Sequence record: LC494302.1
DNA: 64,000 nucleotides
Reading direction: 5' to 3' (one strand)
A program made the translations under genes and the position numbers. Each line of letters starts with the position of its first letter. Position 1 is the stretch's first letter. This document shows positions 17,166 through 28,859 of this stretch, piece by piece. Below the pieces are notes generated by a model. That model searched no databases and had not been told where the DNA came from. It saw only the letters and a list, made by a program, of their open reading frames with translations.

Positions 17166-17852
17166 ATGGCTACAATGCTTGATCGATATGGCGTACCGCT
17201 CGCTGGCGGTGGTCGTATCTCTATGAAACAACCAAAAGCAAAATACAAATTTCGTGTTATTTTCTTTGGTTTTGGTACTAATGATGATGGTAATATGATT
17301 ACACTAGACACCAATACAGTTGGGGCAGTATCTGTATCACATGAAAATGTTACTGTTCATAGTTACAACAGTTCTGCACACTATAAAGGTAAGTACACTT
17401 GGGATACAATTGATGTTGCTTTCCGTGACTCAGTAGGTAATGCTTCTGCTAAAGCACTATACAACCAAATGCGTAAAGAATTCAACTACTACAGTCAAGA
17501 ATCTCGCATGACAGATTCACAATTTAAATTTGAAATGTGGATTCAAGAGCTTGATGGTTCTAATAGTGAAAATACAACAAACTTGTTTGAAGGAACATTG
17601 AGTACTTGGGTATGTCAAGGTTGCTTTATTGAATCCAGCAACTTTGGTGATTGGGATTATTCCTCAAGTGAAGCACAAGTTATTTCAATGACTGTTCAAC
17701 CAGATGGTTGTGCTAAATTGGGTCCAAATGGCGAAGCGTTCGGTGATGAAGTTAGTGGCTTCGGTAATCCATCAACTGCTACCTCTATTTCTGGTGCACA
17801 AACTAATATTAGTAGTACTACTCTACCAGATAGTAACTTCTACGAAAATTAA
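17166..17852 (+). CDS. Tail tube protein (gp19-like), copy 1
   Basis: Follows the sheath; KYTWDTIDVAFRD and GCFIESSNFGDWDYSSSE tube-type motifs. Confidence 0.8.
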   Translation: MATMLDRYGVPLAGGGRISMKQPKAKYKFRVIFFGFGTNDDGNMITLDTNTVGAVSVSHENVTVHSYNSSAHYKGKYTWDTIDVAFRDSVGNASAKALYNQMRKEFNYYSQESRMTDSQFKFEMWIQELDGSNSENTTNLFEGTLSTWVCQGCFIESSNFGDWDYSSSEAQVISMTVQPDGCAKLGPNGEAFGDEVSGFGNPSTATSISGAQTNISSTTLPDSNFYEN

Positions 17853-17873
17853 TTTTATTTAAACTTAATATAT

Positions 17874-17901
17874 AGCCTCGAATCTATTCGGGGCTTTTTT
17901 T
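17874..17901 (+). terminator. Rho-independent terminator, followed by TAAATA at 17906-17911
   Basis: AGCCTCGAA-tcta-TTCGGGGCT then a T-run. Confidence 0.8.
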
Positions 17902-17946
17902 ATGCTAAATAAAGTATAATGCCTTATAAAATAAAAAGAGGTTGCT

Positions 17947-18723
17947 ATGGCAAATAACATGATTAATAAATATGGCGTTCCTTTACCATCGGGGCGTAAT
18001 CGTTCAATGCTACAACCGAAAGCAAAATACAAGTTTCGTGTTATTGTGTATAATTTCGGTACTGATATAGATGAACGTGATCACATCGCATTAGATGTTG
18101 ATAAAATTGATAGACCTACTGTAACATTTAGTACTCATAAACTATATCAATTTACTACTAATACTTCCTATATAGGTAGTCATGATTGGGAACCAATTAC
18201 AATATCTATCCGTGATTCAGTTGGTAATGCATCAGCAAAAGCATTATCACGACAATTACAAAAACAACTTGACTTTCAACGTAGAATAACTTCCAGAAAT
18301 GACCAAGATTATGGTTCTTATAAATTTGGTTTGGTTATACAGATGTTGAGTGGACGTAACTCAGATGATACACTAGGAAATCTAGGAAGAGATACTCTAG
18401 TAGATGCTGCAACTGCTGCAACAAATAATTCTGGCTTAGTAAATGCAGTAGATCAATTTATTGGTGGTTCTTCATATAACAGTGCTGGTGTTATGGAATA
18501 CTTTGTTTTAACCGGATGTGTTATTCAAAACATATCATACGATTCATTAGATTATAGCTCAAGTTCTCCAGTTGAAATGGTAGTTACTATCAAACCAGAT
18601 AATTGTATACAATTTGATAATATTGAAGAAATGTATAGTACCAGAATTAATTCACTTTTACCTGAAAATGTCAATCAAGGTTTAGATATCATTGATCGTG
18701 TTTTTGGTAGTGTAGGATTTTAA
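17947..18723 (+). CDS. Tail tube-like protein, paralog of 17166-17852
   Basis: Shares YGVPL..G.R..M.QPKAKYKFRVI, RDSVGNASAKAL and DYSSS with copy 1. Confidence 0.8.
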   Translation: MANNMINKYGVPLPSGRNRSMLQPKAKYKFRVIVYNFGTDIDERDHIALDVDKIDRPTVTFSTHKLYQFTTNTSYIGSHDWEPITISIRDSVGNASAKALSRQLQKQLDFQRRITSRNDQDYGSYKFGLVIQMLSGRNSDDTLGNLGRDTLVDAATAATNNSGLVNAVDQFIGGSSYNSAGVMEYFVLTGCVIQNISYDSLDYSSSSPVEMVVTIKPDNCIQFDNIEEMYSTRINSLLPENVNQGLDIIDRVFGSVGF

Positions 18724-18734
18724 GGAGATAATGA

Positions 18735-20842
<2,108 letters not shown>

Positions 20843-20869
20843 CTTAAACGACCTTATGGAGTTATTAAA

Positions 20870-21406
20870 ATGAATAGATTACAACAAATCCTAACTGAAA
20901 AGAAACCAGTTTATGAATACCGAGTTAAGTTTGCAGTTGAACCAACACCTGAGCAACTTAGTAAAGTAACACAGCGACTAATGGATCGCTATGATGCGTT
21001 TGAAATTGGAGCACTAAAGAAAACAATTTTTATGGAAAAACCATTAGATTTCTATGAATTAGATTGTGGTGAAATTTGGATGTTTGACTTTAAATGTCAT
21101 CGTGGCGTTCAATCAAATGTACTAATGTATGAAATTGGCAATTTACTAAGCATGACAGAAGCATTGATTCGTGTTCGTAGTAAAGATGAACCTCGTCAAA
21201 TTGAAATGACTGATTTGGAAGATGATATCGATTTTGATGATGTTGATGAACCAGTTATTGGAGTGGATTTTGGTAAACCAGAAGACAGTTATGACTTAGC
21301 TGGACAACAACGTGCAAACACTGCCGTTGATGATGCAATTGAAGCATCGAAAAAAGACAATAAATACTCTCAATATATGAGTGCTGGTTTTGGTAAAAAG
21401 GATTAA
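20870..21406 (+). CDS. Conserved hypothetical protein, probable virion protein
   Basis: GGAG RBS; N-terminal ILTE motif; located in the structural cluster. Confidence 0.65.
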   Translation: MNRLQQILTEKKPVYEYRVKFAVEPTPEQLSKVTQRLMDRYDAFEIGALKKTIFMEKPLDFYELDCGEIWMFDFKCHRGVQSNVLMYEIGNLLSMTEALIRVRSKDEPRQIEMTDLEDDIDFDDVDEPVIGVDFGKPEDSYDLAGQQRANTAVDDAIEASKKDNKYSQYMSAGFGKKD

Positions 21407-21409
21407 CAC

Positions 21410-21952
21410 ATGAGTATACTTAATGAAATGTTAGATTATGAAGACAATGAGTTAAATGAAGCTCGTCCTTATAGTCGTTCACAAAGTGCAGTTGATAGTG
21501 CAAAAGGAAAAGTAAAAGGCTTTTTTGGTAGTGGACAGATTGAACAAGGTGCACAAGAAGTTGGTGCTGAAGCCAACCGCTTATGGGCAGAGTTTAAACG
21601 TTATGTTGGACGTAAATATGGTAAAGCTCAACCATCAGTACCTTACGCTGATGTGGCACAGTTTTTTAAAGGTAACAATCTTGATATTAAACATTTAGGG
21701 AACAATCCTCGTCGTTCTTTTACACCAAAAGATGTAGGTACTGCTCTATTAAATGCTGCTCGTGATATAATGAATGACTACCGTGACCAACAAGGTGGCG
21801 AAGAAAGTTCAGAATCACAACCATCACAATCGACCTCAACTGAGCAACCAGCACAACAAGAACAACCAAAAGCACAAGGTTCCAGTATCCCTGATGCTCT
21901 ACAAAAATTAAGTCCAGAGCAACGCGACCAACTGTTACGTATGCTTTCTTAA
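21410..21952 (+). CDS. Hypothetical protein, probable internal head protein
   Basis: ILNE and LNEA motifs near the N-terminus; Q/E/S-rich linker. Confidence 0.65.
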   Translation: MSILNEMLDYEDNELNEARPYSRSQSAVDSAKGKVKGFFGSGQIEQGAQEVGAEANRLWAEFKRYVGRKYGKAQPSVPYADVAQFFKGNNLDIKHLGNNPRRSFTPKDVGTALLNAARDIMNDYRDQQGGEESSESQPSQSTSTEQPAQQEQPKAQGSSIPDALQKLSPEQRDQLLRMLS

Positions 21953-21965
21953 GGAGAATCAACAC

Positions 21966-23483
21966 ATGGATAATTTTTTCAGTACTGAAACTACCACAGT
22001 TCCTAATGGATATGTATATACGTCACATACTGGTGCAAAATATGTATTTCTTGAAGGATTCTGGTTCAATGACAATAATATGTTAATGGTAGACCCTAGA
22101 AAATACCCATCCATGTACGCAAGTGCTCGACAACAGATTGTCGAGCACAATCTAGCTTCAAATGAATATAAGATTGGTAACAAATATATTGTTGAAGGTA
22201 AAGAGTGTACATTTATTGGTGAAAACCGTTTCAATTCAAAAGATGGAATTCTATTAACTGAAAGTGAATTCATCACTGAATTAATGGCAGATGATCATCG
22301 AGTATATAATGTTTCTAAAGAAACACTACAAAAAGAATGGAATGCATTAAAATTTTACATTCTTCCACCATATGCTGATGATATATCAATTCCAGCAGGT
22401 ATGGAAGTAAGTGGTTTTAAATTTGTGCCAAAGAATCACCGTTTTGTTGATATGAAATCAGGACGAGCAGTTGATCCAGCAATGACCCGTAAACTATCAG
22501 ATGAAGGTATGCGTATTGCTCGTCAGTTAGCTTCTAAAAATAAACTAATTCCAATCAAATCAACCTTAGTTCAAGGCAATACACGTTGTGAGTGGAATGG
22601 TAAAGAATTTTGTGATAATGATGGTAATGTAGTAATTCCAGAACAAAATGCACATGCAATTATTAATGCATATCAGCAATTTGTTAAGAATAACCCAAGT
22701 GATTTTCCTACATTAACGGGTGAACAAGAACATAGTGAGCAACGTTTTGGTTCAGGTGAAAAGCCACATAAAGCTTCACACCCTGCTAAACAGCCAGTAT
22801 TTGCAACTAAAGAATCAATTAATGAAGCAGATGAAGAAATTGAAGAATTTGAAAGCATTACTGTTCCTGACGGTTATAGAATGACTTCTTCTAAAGGAAA
22901 AACATACGCTAAGAAAAATAACTTGTGGTATGATATCGAAAGTAAAAAGCAACTTAACACAAGTGCTTCTAAAAGTGTTGAACGAGCAGCACAGCGTGAT
23001 ATTTTCCGTCATAACAATTCCGGTGCTATGAAAATCGGTACAAAAGTTAAATCCAAACAAGGCAAAGAATATTCGTATGTTGGTGGTGACAGATTCATTA
23101 GTGCTGATGGTAAGTTTATACCAAAAGCAACTGCTGCTAAATTACTTGCCAAATATGAACAAGATAAAGAAGTTAAAAGTGATGAAACACCTGAAGTAGA
23201 CTCTGGTACTGAGCAAATTCAATCAAAAGAAGAACCTAAGAAAGAACCAGAATCTGAACAAAAACCAGACGAAGTTTCTGAACCAGAAACTAAATCTGAA
23301 ACAATTGCTGGTGATGATGTACAATCATTAGCTTCTAAAATTAAAGAGTCACCTTATGCTAAAAAAATCACAGTACTACTAACTCGTGGTGATGAGGTTT
23401 CTCTACTTGCTGCTGACATTTTACTTTCAGGTAAAAAGGATGAAACAGTGCAAATTTTAAAATCATTAAATAATAATGATTGA
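21966..23483 (+). CDS. Hypothetical protein with three internal repeat modules, probable internal head protein
   Basis: GGAG RBS; repeated (V/I)PxG...W/F...IG/IK...RF..DG modules; LTES and INEA motifs. Confidence 0.75.
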   Translation: MDNFFSTETTTVPNGYVYTSHTGAKYVFLEGFWFNDNNMLMVDPRKYPSMYASARQQIVEHNLASNEYKIGNKYIVEGKECTFIGENRFNSKDGILLTESEFITELMADDHRVYNVSKETLQKEWNALKFYILPPYADDISIPAGMEVSGFKFVPKNHRFVDMKSGRAVDPAMTRKLSDEGMRIARQLASKNKLIPIKSTLVQGNTRCEWNGKEFCDNDGNVVIPEQNAHAIINAYQQFVKNNPSDFPTLTGEQEHSEQRFGSGEKPHKASHPAKQPVFATKESINEADEEIEEFESITVPDGYRMTSSKGKTYAKKNNLWYDIESKKQLNTSASKSVERAAQRDIFRHNNSGAMKIGTKVKSKQGKEYSYVGGDRFISADGKFIPKATAAKLLAKYEQDKEVKSDETPEVDSGTEQIQSKEEPKKEPESEQKPDEVSEPETKSETIAGDDVQSLASKIKESPYAKKITVLLTRGDEVSLLAADILLSGKKDETVQILKSLNNND

Positions 23484-23505
23484 TAACTAAAAGGATTTAT
23501 TTAAA

Positions 23506-24486
23506 ATGGCTAAAAAAATTAATGAAGCACAAGTTAAAATCGATATCGCAGGTTTAGAATCTGATGATTTGGAAACTCTATCACGTATGTTAGCTCTTGC
23601 TGGTCAAGCTGAACGTCAAGACCCAGTAGTTGCCGCTCCAGTACCATCTATGGGGTCTATGACTCCATCTCTTCCACCTATTGCTCCACTAGATCTCGAT
23701 TCTATTGGTGCTGAAGAAGAAATTGGTGGAATTGAAACTTCAGTTGAAGACCCACTAGCAGCGGCAGTTGATGATCTTTCCGCTGATGTTGGTGATTTTG
23801 GTGCTGACACAGATGAAGTTAGTATGGATGCTGAATTTTCAGAACCAGGTGTAGAAGGTGAAGAAGATTTTTCTCTTGACCTTAGTGGTCAACCTCAACT
23901 AGAATCAGTTGAAGAAGACGATGAGGAAGAAGAAGAAATTATTGAAGAAGAATTCGATTTTAGTCGTATGCTATCTCTTGCTGGTATTAACGAAGAAGAA
24001 GACGAAGATTTTTCAGTAGAGGGTAATCCTGCTACCGATAAAGAAATGAAAGATACCCAATTTCTACCAGATCTAAGTATCTCTGAAGATGAAGAACCAT
24101 CTAACAGTACTGATTATGGTCCATATGATACAGAAGCTGATGCCGTTCGTGATGGTCAACTAAAGACTAATGGTGTTGAAGGTGACCATTTTGTTGTAAT
24201 TGCAAAAGGCAATCAATTTTATTGGAGACGTGTTGTAGATGAAGATCTTGACAATCGTCCAGAACCTGAGTATTATGATAATGAAGGGAACGAAAATCGT
24301 GTTCATAAATTTGAACCAAAATTCCCAGGCACTGCATTAGGAGATAACCCACTAAATGTTAATGAAAGTGAAGAAGATGATTCACCTGAAGGTAACATTG
24401 ACTTGGAAGATGATTCTGATGAAGAAGTAGAAGATATTTTTGAAAGTCTCCAAGAAAAATACAAGAAATTTTTAGGAGACAAATAA
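23506..24486 (+). CDS. Highly acidic protein, candidate prohead core/scaffold
   Basis: About one-third D/E; INEA, INEE, VNES and FES motifs; duplicated SRMLxLAG. Confidence 0.7.
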   Translation: MAKKINEAQVKIDIAGLESDDLETLSRMLALAGQAERQDPVVAAPVPSMGSMTPSLPPIAPLDLDSIGAEEEIGGIETSVEDPLAAAVDDLSADVGDFGADTDEVSMDAEFSEPGVEGEEDFSLDLSGQPQLESVEEDDEEEEEIIEEEFDFSRMLSLAGINEEEDEDFSVEGNPATDKEMKDTQFLPDLSISEDEEPSNSTDYGPYDTEADAVRDGQLKTNGVEGDHFVVIAKGNQFYWRRVVDEDLDNRPEPEYYDNEGNENRVHKFEPKFPGTALGDNPLNVNESEEDDSPEGNIDLEDDSDEEVEDIFESLQEKYKKFLGDK

Positions 24487-24487
24487 T

Positions 24488-24883
24488 ATGCAATATAATT
24501 ATCGTGAACTAGTTGAAGCGTTAGACGAAATTACCGGAAGAGATGAAGACGAAAGTTTTTCAGTTGAAGTTGAATCCGATGTTGTAGCAGTTGATGTTCT
24601 TAAGGATATTACCAAATGTCTTATTGATATTGTTGATAAGATTAAATCTGGTGAAGACCAAAAAGAAATTGTAGATAAACTACAAAAAGCCTGTGACATT
24701 TTGTCTGACATTCGATATAATGATGAAAGTACTGAAGTTGCTGATGAAGAAGTGTTGGAAGCCATTGCAGGTTGTTTTGGAACTGAAGGTATGGGACCAA
24801 CAATTGACAAAGAAGGCGTACAACACTATAATGAGCCTGGTGCACCATCATATGCTGCACGTCAAGGTTTTGTTGGAGACTAA
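24488..24883 (+). CDS. Acidic hypothetical protein
   Basis: GGAG RBS; abuts the previous gene. Confidence 0.7.
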   Translation: MQYNYRELVEALDEITGRDEDESFSVEVESDVVAVDVLKDITKCLIDIVDKIKSGEDQKEIVDKLQKACDILSDIRYNDESTEVADEEVLEAIAGCFGTEGMGPTIDKEGVQHYNEPGAPSYAARQGFVGD

Positions 24884-24886
24884 TAT

Positions 24887-25267
24887 ATGTTTCCAGAACC
24901 ATCACATAACAGTACTGAATATCAAAATAATGTACTTTCCAAAGTTAGGGAAGTACATGAATCAGATTCAGAAATAACAGACCGTATGCTTCTGATGTCA
25001 ATTTTTGAAAATTTCAGAACTGGCGGTGGTTTACGTCTTAGCAAGTTTGGGTATGGAATTTGTAAAGAAAATAATCTTTATGAATTTACAAAAATCCCCT
25101 TGCAAAGAGAATTTAAAAGTTCTATAATGTTTACATCACTTGACAGAATATGTACTTCACCTTATTATGTTGAAGGTCAGTACATATATCTGACAGATGC
25201 AATGATAATAACTGAATTAACATTGTGTTGTGACGATTTTAAACAGTTATTTTCTATTCATATGTAA
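24887..25267 (+). CDS. Hypothetical protein
   Basis: GGAG RBS; last gene before the promoter array. Confidence 0.7.
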   Translation: MFPEPSHNSTEYQNNVLSKVREVHESDSEITDRMLLMSIFENFRTGGGLRLSKFGYGICKENNLYEFTKIPLQREFKSSIMFTSLDRICTSPYYVEGQYIYLTDAMIITELTLCCDDFKQLFSIHM

Positions 25268-25291
25268 GAAAAAATGAATTAAAAATAAATG

Positions 25292-25319
25292 TTGACAAGA
25301 TAGAATGATGTGATACAAT
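25292..25319 (+). promoter_or_regulatory. Strong sigma70 promoter P1
   Basis: TTGACA-N16-TACAAT with TG extension and A-rich upstream sequence. Confidence 0.8.
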
Positions 25320-25363
25320 AAGCATCAGACATAAAGTTTTCAAGCGACACAAGATGTGAGTTT

Positions 25364-25551
25364 GAAAAAAAAAAGAAAAAAAGTGATTGACAAGTTGAAA
25401 CGATGTGATATAATGTTCACATCAAGACAGCAAAGAGATTTACCTTTTAAACACACGGAAAAAAAAAAGAAAAAAAGTGATTGACAAGTTGAAACGATGT
25501 GATATAATGTTCACATCAAGACAGCAAAGAGATTTACCTTTTAAACACACG
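25364..25551 (+). repeat. Exact 94-bp tandem duplication; each unit is a consensus sigma70 promoter with an A-tract UP element
   Basis: Units 25364-25457 and 25458-25551; TTGACA at 25387 and 25481, TATAAT at 25409 and 25503. Confidence 0.95.
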
Positions 25552-25562
25552 GATGATTCATG

Positions 25563-25617
25563 AAGTAACAAAGGAACTGATAAGTTAAATTATTTTAACA
25601 CAGTTCCTTTACTTTTG
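25563..25617 (+). terminator. Long hairpin with a U-rich tail between the promoter array and the MoxR gene
   Basis: AAAGGAACTG (25570-79) pairs with CAGTTCCTTT (25601-10), inner GTTAAA/TTTAAC, then ACTTTT. Confidence 0.55.
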
Positions 25618-25636
25618 CCCACGGATTGGCTATAAT
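25608..25636 (+). promoter_or_regulatory. Possible fourth promoter
   Basis: TTTACT-N17-TATAAT about 40 nt before ATG 25678. Confidence 0.5.
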
Positions 25637-25677
25637 AGAAACTTAAACGATTTTATCCAACAAAAGGAAATATATAC

Positions 25678-27003
25678 ATGACTACTCAAAACGATATCCT
25701 GAACGTTAAACTGACTCCAAAGAAAGCTAAAGAAGCAATGGCACTAGCTGACATGATTCAAGATAGCCTGATGATTTGGGGTAGCCCAGGTATCGGTAAG
25801 TCTGCAATCGCTCGTCAATACGCTGATGAAAATTACCCACTGCGTAAAGATAACGTAGCTAAAATCGAGTTCATGAAACAACAAATCGAAGCTGACCCTG
25901 AAAATGCTGATCAGCTACGCCGTGAACTGGCTGCATTTGAAGCAAAACTAATCGACCAAGATACTAACTTTATCGATTTCCGTTTGTCTCAAATCGAACC
26001 AAGTGACCTTCGCGGTATTCCAGTACCAGAGAAGCTTTTCCGTAAAACTGACGGTTCTCTTCTGAAAGAATCTGAGCTTGCCGAAGCAAAAGATTATGTA
26101 GCTGAAACTGCGGTAGTATGGGCTGCACCTAAAGTTCTGAAATTGTCCGAAGATTGGAAAGGTGTTATTCTGTTTGACGAAATTAACTCTGCAATGCCTA
26201 TTGTTCAGGCAGCGTCTTATCAGCTAATCCTCGACCGTTGTGTTGGTGAGATGAAGCTACCTAAGACTGCACTGATTCTTGCAGCAGGTAACCGTGAAAC
26301 TGATGGCGGTGTAACTTTCTCTCTTGCTACACCACTGCGTGACCGTATGACTCACATTGAGATGATTCCTTATCATCAAGATTGGATTAACGATTATGCG
26401 ATTGCAAAACGTTTGAACCCAGCAACTGTTGCGTTCATCAACAACACTGGTTCTAAGTACTTTAACACACTTAGTCCACAAGATCCTTCTCACAGTGGTG
26501 GTACTTCTCCACGTTCATGGGAAGCAGTAGCACGCTACGAAGATCTCAAGAAAACTAAGACAATTGATAAAGAAGTGTTCCGTGCAATGATTGCTGGTCG
26601 TGTTGGTGAAGGTGTTGCAACTGAATACATTGAGTACGTTGAGAACGTTGCTAAACTACCAGATACTATGTCTATTCTGTCTGGTGAAATCAAAGAAATC
26701 GACGCAACGCTGGATATTTCTGCGAACTACTTTATCACTCTGAACTTGGTTTATAAAATTATCGACCTGTTCAATGAGAAGCAAGAACAACGTCTACCAG
26801 TGGAAGAATGGGGTAAACTGTGTAACAACTTCATCACCTTCCTAGACCATAACTTCTCTGCAACTCAAGCAGAACTGGCAGTACTGGCAATTCGTACCAT
26901 CACGCTTCATAAGGTTGCGATTTCCATTAAAGATGTACCAGCGTTTAAAGATTTCATCGCTAAGTACTCTGAACTTGTACGTAAAGCACGCTCTCTTGGC
27001 TAA
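25678..27003 (+). CDS. MoxR-type AAA+ ATPase
   Basis: Walker A GSPGIGKS, Walker B ILFDEIN, AAGNR, LRDRM and SPRSW motifs. Confidence 0.88.
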   Translation: MTTQNDILNVKLTPKKAKEAMALADMIQDSLMIWGSPGIGKSAIARQYADENYPLRKDNVAKIEFMKQQIEADPENADQLRRELAAFEAKLIDQDTNFIDFRLSQIEPSDLRGIPVPEKLFRKTDGSLLKESELAEAKDYVAETAVVWAAPKVLKLSEDWKGVILFDEINSAMPIVQAASYQLILDRCVGEMKLPKTALILAAGNRETDGGVTFSLATPLRDRMTHIEMIPYHQDWINDYAIAKRLNPATVAFINNTGSKYFNTLSPQDPSHSGGTSPRSWEAVARYEDLKKTKTIDKEVFRAMIAGRVGEGVATEYIEYVENVAKLPDTMSILSGEIKEIDATLDISANYFITLNLVYKIIDLFNEKQEQRLPVEEWGKLCNNFITFLDHNFSATQAELAVLAIRTITLHKVAISIKDVPAFKDFIAKYSELVRKARSLG

Positions 27004-27017
27004 TTAACAAAGAGTTG

Positions 27018-27054
27018 TTGACAAGAAGGATGCCTAATGGTATCCTTCTTTTAT
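27018..27054 (+). terminator. Terminator overlapping a putative promoter
   Basis: AAGAAGGATGCC-taat-GGTATCCTTCTT plus T-run; TTGACA (27018)-N17-TATCCT (27041) lies inside it. Confidence 0.7.
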
Positions 27055-27077
27055 CTTAACTAAACGAGGAAATATAC

Positions 27078-28502
27078 ATGTCAGATAACAAATCTACTTC
27101 CAGATTCAATGAAGTATCTCCGGCACTCCAGAAAGAATGTCAAGATCGTCTGGTTCTGGCTCGTACATCTTTGATGTTAACTGCACCATTCTTTGGTGTA
27201 CTCGCTTCACGTTTACGTCCAGTTCCTAATAATACATGGTGTCGTACTCTAGCAGTTGATGGTAAACATCTATTCTACAACGTAGAATTTGTAATGGGTA
27301 TTCAAGACCCATCTAAAAAGAAAGAATATGAAGAAGCTATTCGTGAAAAGCATCCTGAAGTTACAGACGAACAATTAAAAGAAATGACTGAAGGTTTGAC
27401 TGATGAAAACCTTATTGCTGTAATTTGTCATGAAATTCTACACTGTGCTTACGATCACTTCCTTCGTCGTGGTATGCGTGATCCACAACGTTATAACCGT
27501 GCAGCGGATTATGCCATTAACCAAATCATCGTTCGTGAGAAAATTGGAAAAATCCAAAGTTCATGGTTGTATGATAAAAAATATGAAGGTATGACCGCAG
27601 AAGAGATTTACATTCTTCTTGAAGAAGAAGAACAAAAAGAAGATGGTGAAGGTGAAGGTCAACCACAAAGTGGCGGCGGTGAAGGTGAAGGTAAAAATCG
27701 CGGTACTTTTGGTGATATTAAAGATGGTAAGGGTAAACCAAAAGGTACTACCATTGACCAGCATGACGTTCCACAAGAAGGTCAAGAAGGTGGTTCAAGT
27801 GAACAGCAAAAACGTGATTATATGGATGATTTCAAAACAGCAATGATGAATGCTGCACGTGCAGGTGGTACACCAGCAGAAATCGCTCGTATGATTAACA
27901 ACTTTAAAGAACCAAAGATTGACTGGCGTTCAAAACTTCAACGTACACTTCGTAGTTGGTTGAAGTCTGATGCAACGTATCAAAGTCCTTCTCGTCGTTC
28001 ATGGGGTGCTGGTTTTGGTTCTAATGGTTCATTCTATGGTAATCCAATTTACCCAGGGATGAAACCAGATGATGATATTGATATTGCGATTGCACTAGAT
28101 GCTTCTGGGTCTATTTCTGAAGATATGCTTCGTGATTTCATTAGTGAAGTTCTTGGCATCACTAAACAATTCAAACAGTTTAAGATTCGTATCATGACTT
28201 TTGATACTGAAGTTTATACTGTAAAGGATTACAAAACTGGCGAAGAACGTAAGATTCTGGAATATCCAGTAAAAGGTGGTGGTGGTACTGACTTTGAAGC
28301 AGTATGGGTTCATATGAAGAACGACAACTACAAGCCTAAACAGCTTGTAATGTTTACTGATGGTGAACCGTGGCAGTCATGGGGTGATCCAAACTACTGT
28401 AAAACACTGTTCGTGATTCACAGTAACCCAAATAAAGTTGCACCATTTGGTGAGACTGTACACTACGAATATGAAGCTGATAAAAAGCGTCAACGTAGTT
28501 AA
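27078..28502 (+). CDS. HExxH metallopeptidase plus vWA domain protein (DUF2201-type MoxR partner)
   Basis: TLAVDG, ICHEILH, AADYAIN, G/E-rich linker, MIDAS LDASGS, GGGTDF and FTDG. Confidence 0.88.
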   Translation: MSDNKSTSRFNEVSPALQKECQDRLVLARTSLMLTAPFFGVLASRLRPVPNNTWCRTLAVDGKHLFYNVEFVMGIQDPSKKKEYEEAIREKHPEVTDEQLKEMTEGLTDENLIAVICHEILHCAYDHFLRRGMRDPQRYNRAADYAINQIIVREKIGKIQSSWLYDKKYEGMTAEEIYILLEEEEQKEDGEGEGQPQSGGGEGEGKNRGTFGDIKDGKGKPKGTTIDQHDVPQEGQEGGSSEQQKRDYMDDFKTAMMNAARAGGTPAEIARMINNFKEPKIDWRSKLQRTLRSWLKSDATYQSPSRRSWGAGFGSNGSFYGNPIYPGMKPDDDIDIAIALDASGSISEDMLRDFISEVLGITKQFKQFKIRIMTFDTEVYTVKDYKTGEERKILEYPVKGGGGTDFEAVWVHMKNDNYKPKQLVMFTDGEPWQSWGDPNYCKTLFVIHSNPNKVAPFGETVHYEYEADKKRQRS

Positions 28503-28512
28503 GTACTAAATA

Positions 28513-28544
28513 AAGAGAACGGAATTTTCCGTTCTCTTCTTTTA
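28513..28544 (+). terminator. Rho-independent terminator
   Basis: AAGAGAACGGA-attt-TCCGTTCTCTT then CTTTT. Confidence 0.85.
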
Positions 28545-28549
28545 TAAGT

Positions 28550-28577
28550 GGGACAACTTATAAAAATATGATATAAT
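28550..28577 (+). promoter_or_regulatory. Promoter GGGACA-N16-TATAAT
   Basis: AGTGGGACAA...TGATATAAT; same as 9442-9469. Confidence 0.6.
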
Positions 28578-28611
28578 AGTTAATGTACCAATATACATGG
28601 AGAGTATTAAA

Positions 28612-28857
28612 ATGGAACAAGAAAATAATCAAATTCAACTAACCCTTCTAGACCTAATCAATGCTGCAAAAATCATGGAAGCTGCTGTTGCACGAAACAC
28701 CTTTAAAGTTGAAGAACTTGTTGAGGTTGCTCCAGTTGTATCTAAATTTGTTTCTTTTGCAAATGTAGCTCTTGAAGATATTAAAGCACAAGAAGATGCA
28801 GCTAAAGAAGAAGCTGAATCACAAGATAGTGAAACTCAAGAAGATAAAGGAGAATAA
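28612..28857 (+). CDS. Hypothetical protein with acidic tail
   Basis: GGAG RBS before ATG 28612. Confidence 0.7.
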   Translation: MEQENNQIQLTLLDLINAAKIMEAAVARNTFKVEELVEVAPVVSKFVSFANVALEDIKAQEDAAKEEAESQDSETQEDKGE

Positions 28858-28859
28858 TT

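Noticed and set aside
25364-25551. 94-bp repeat as a CRISPR array or att site
   Set aside because: There are two abutting copies with no spacers and no cas or integrase gene; the unit is a promoter.
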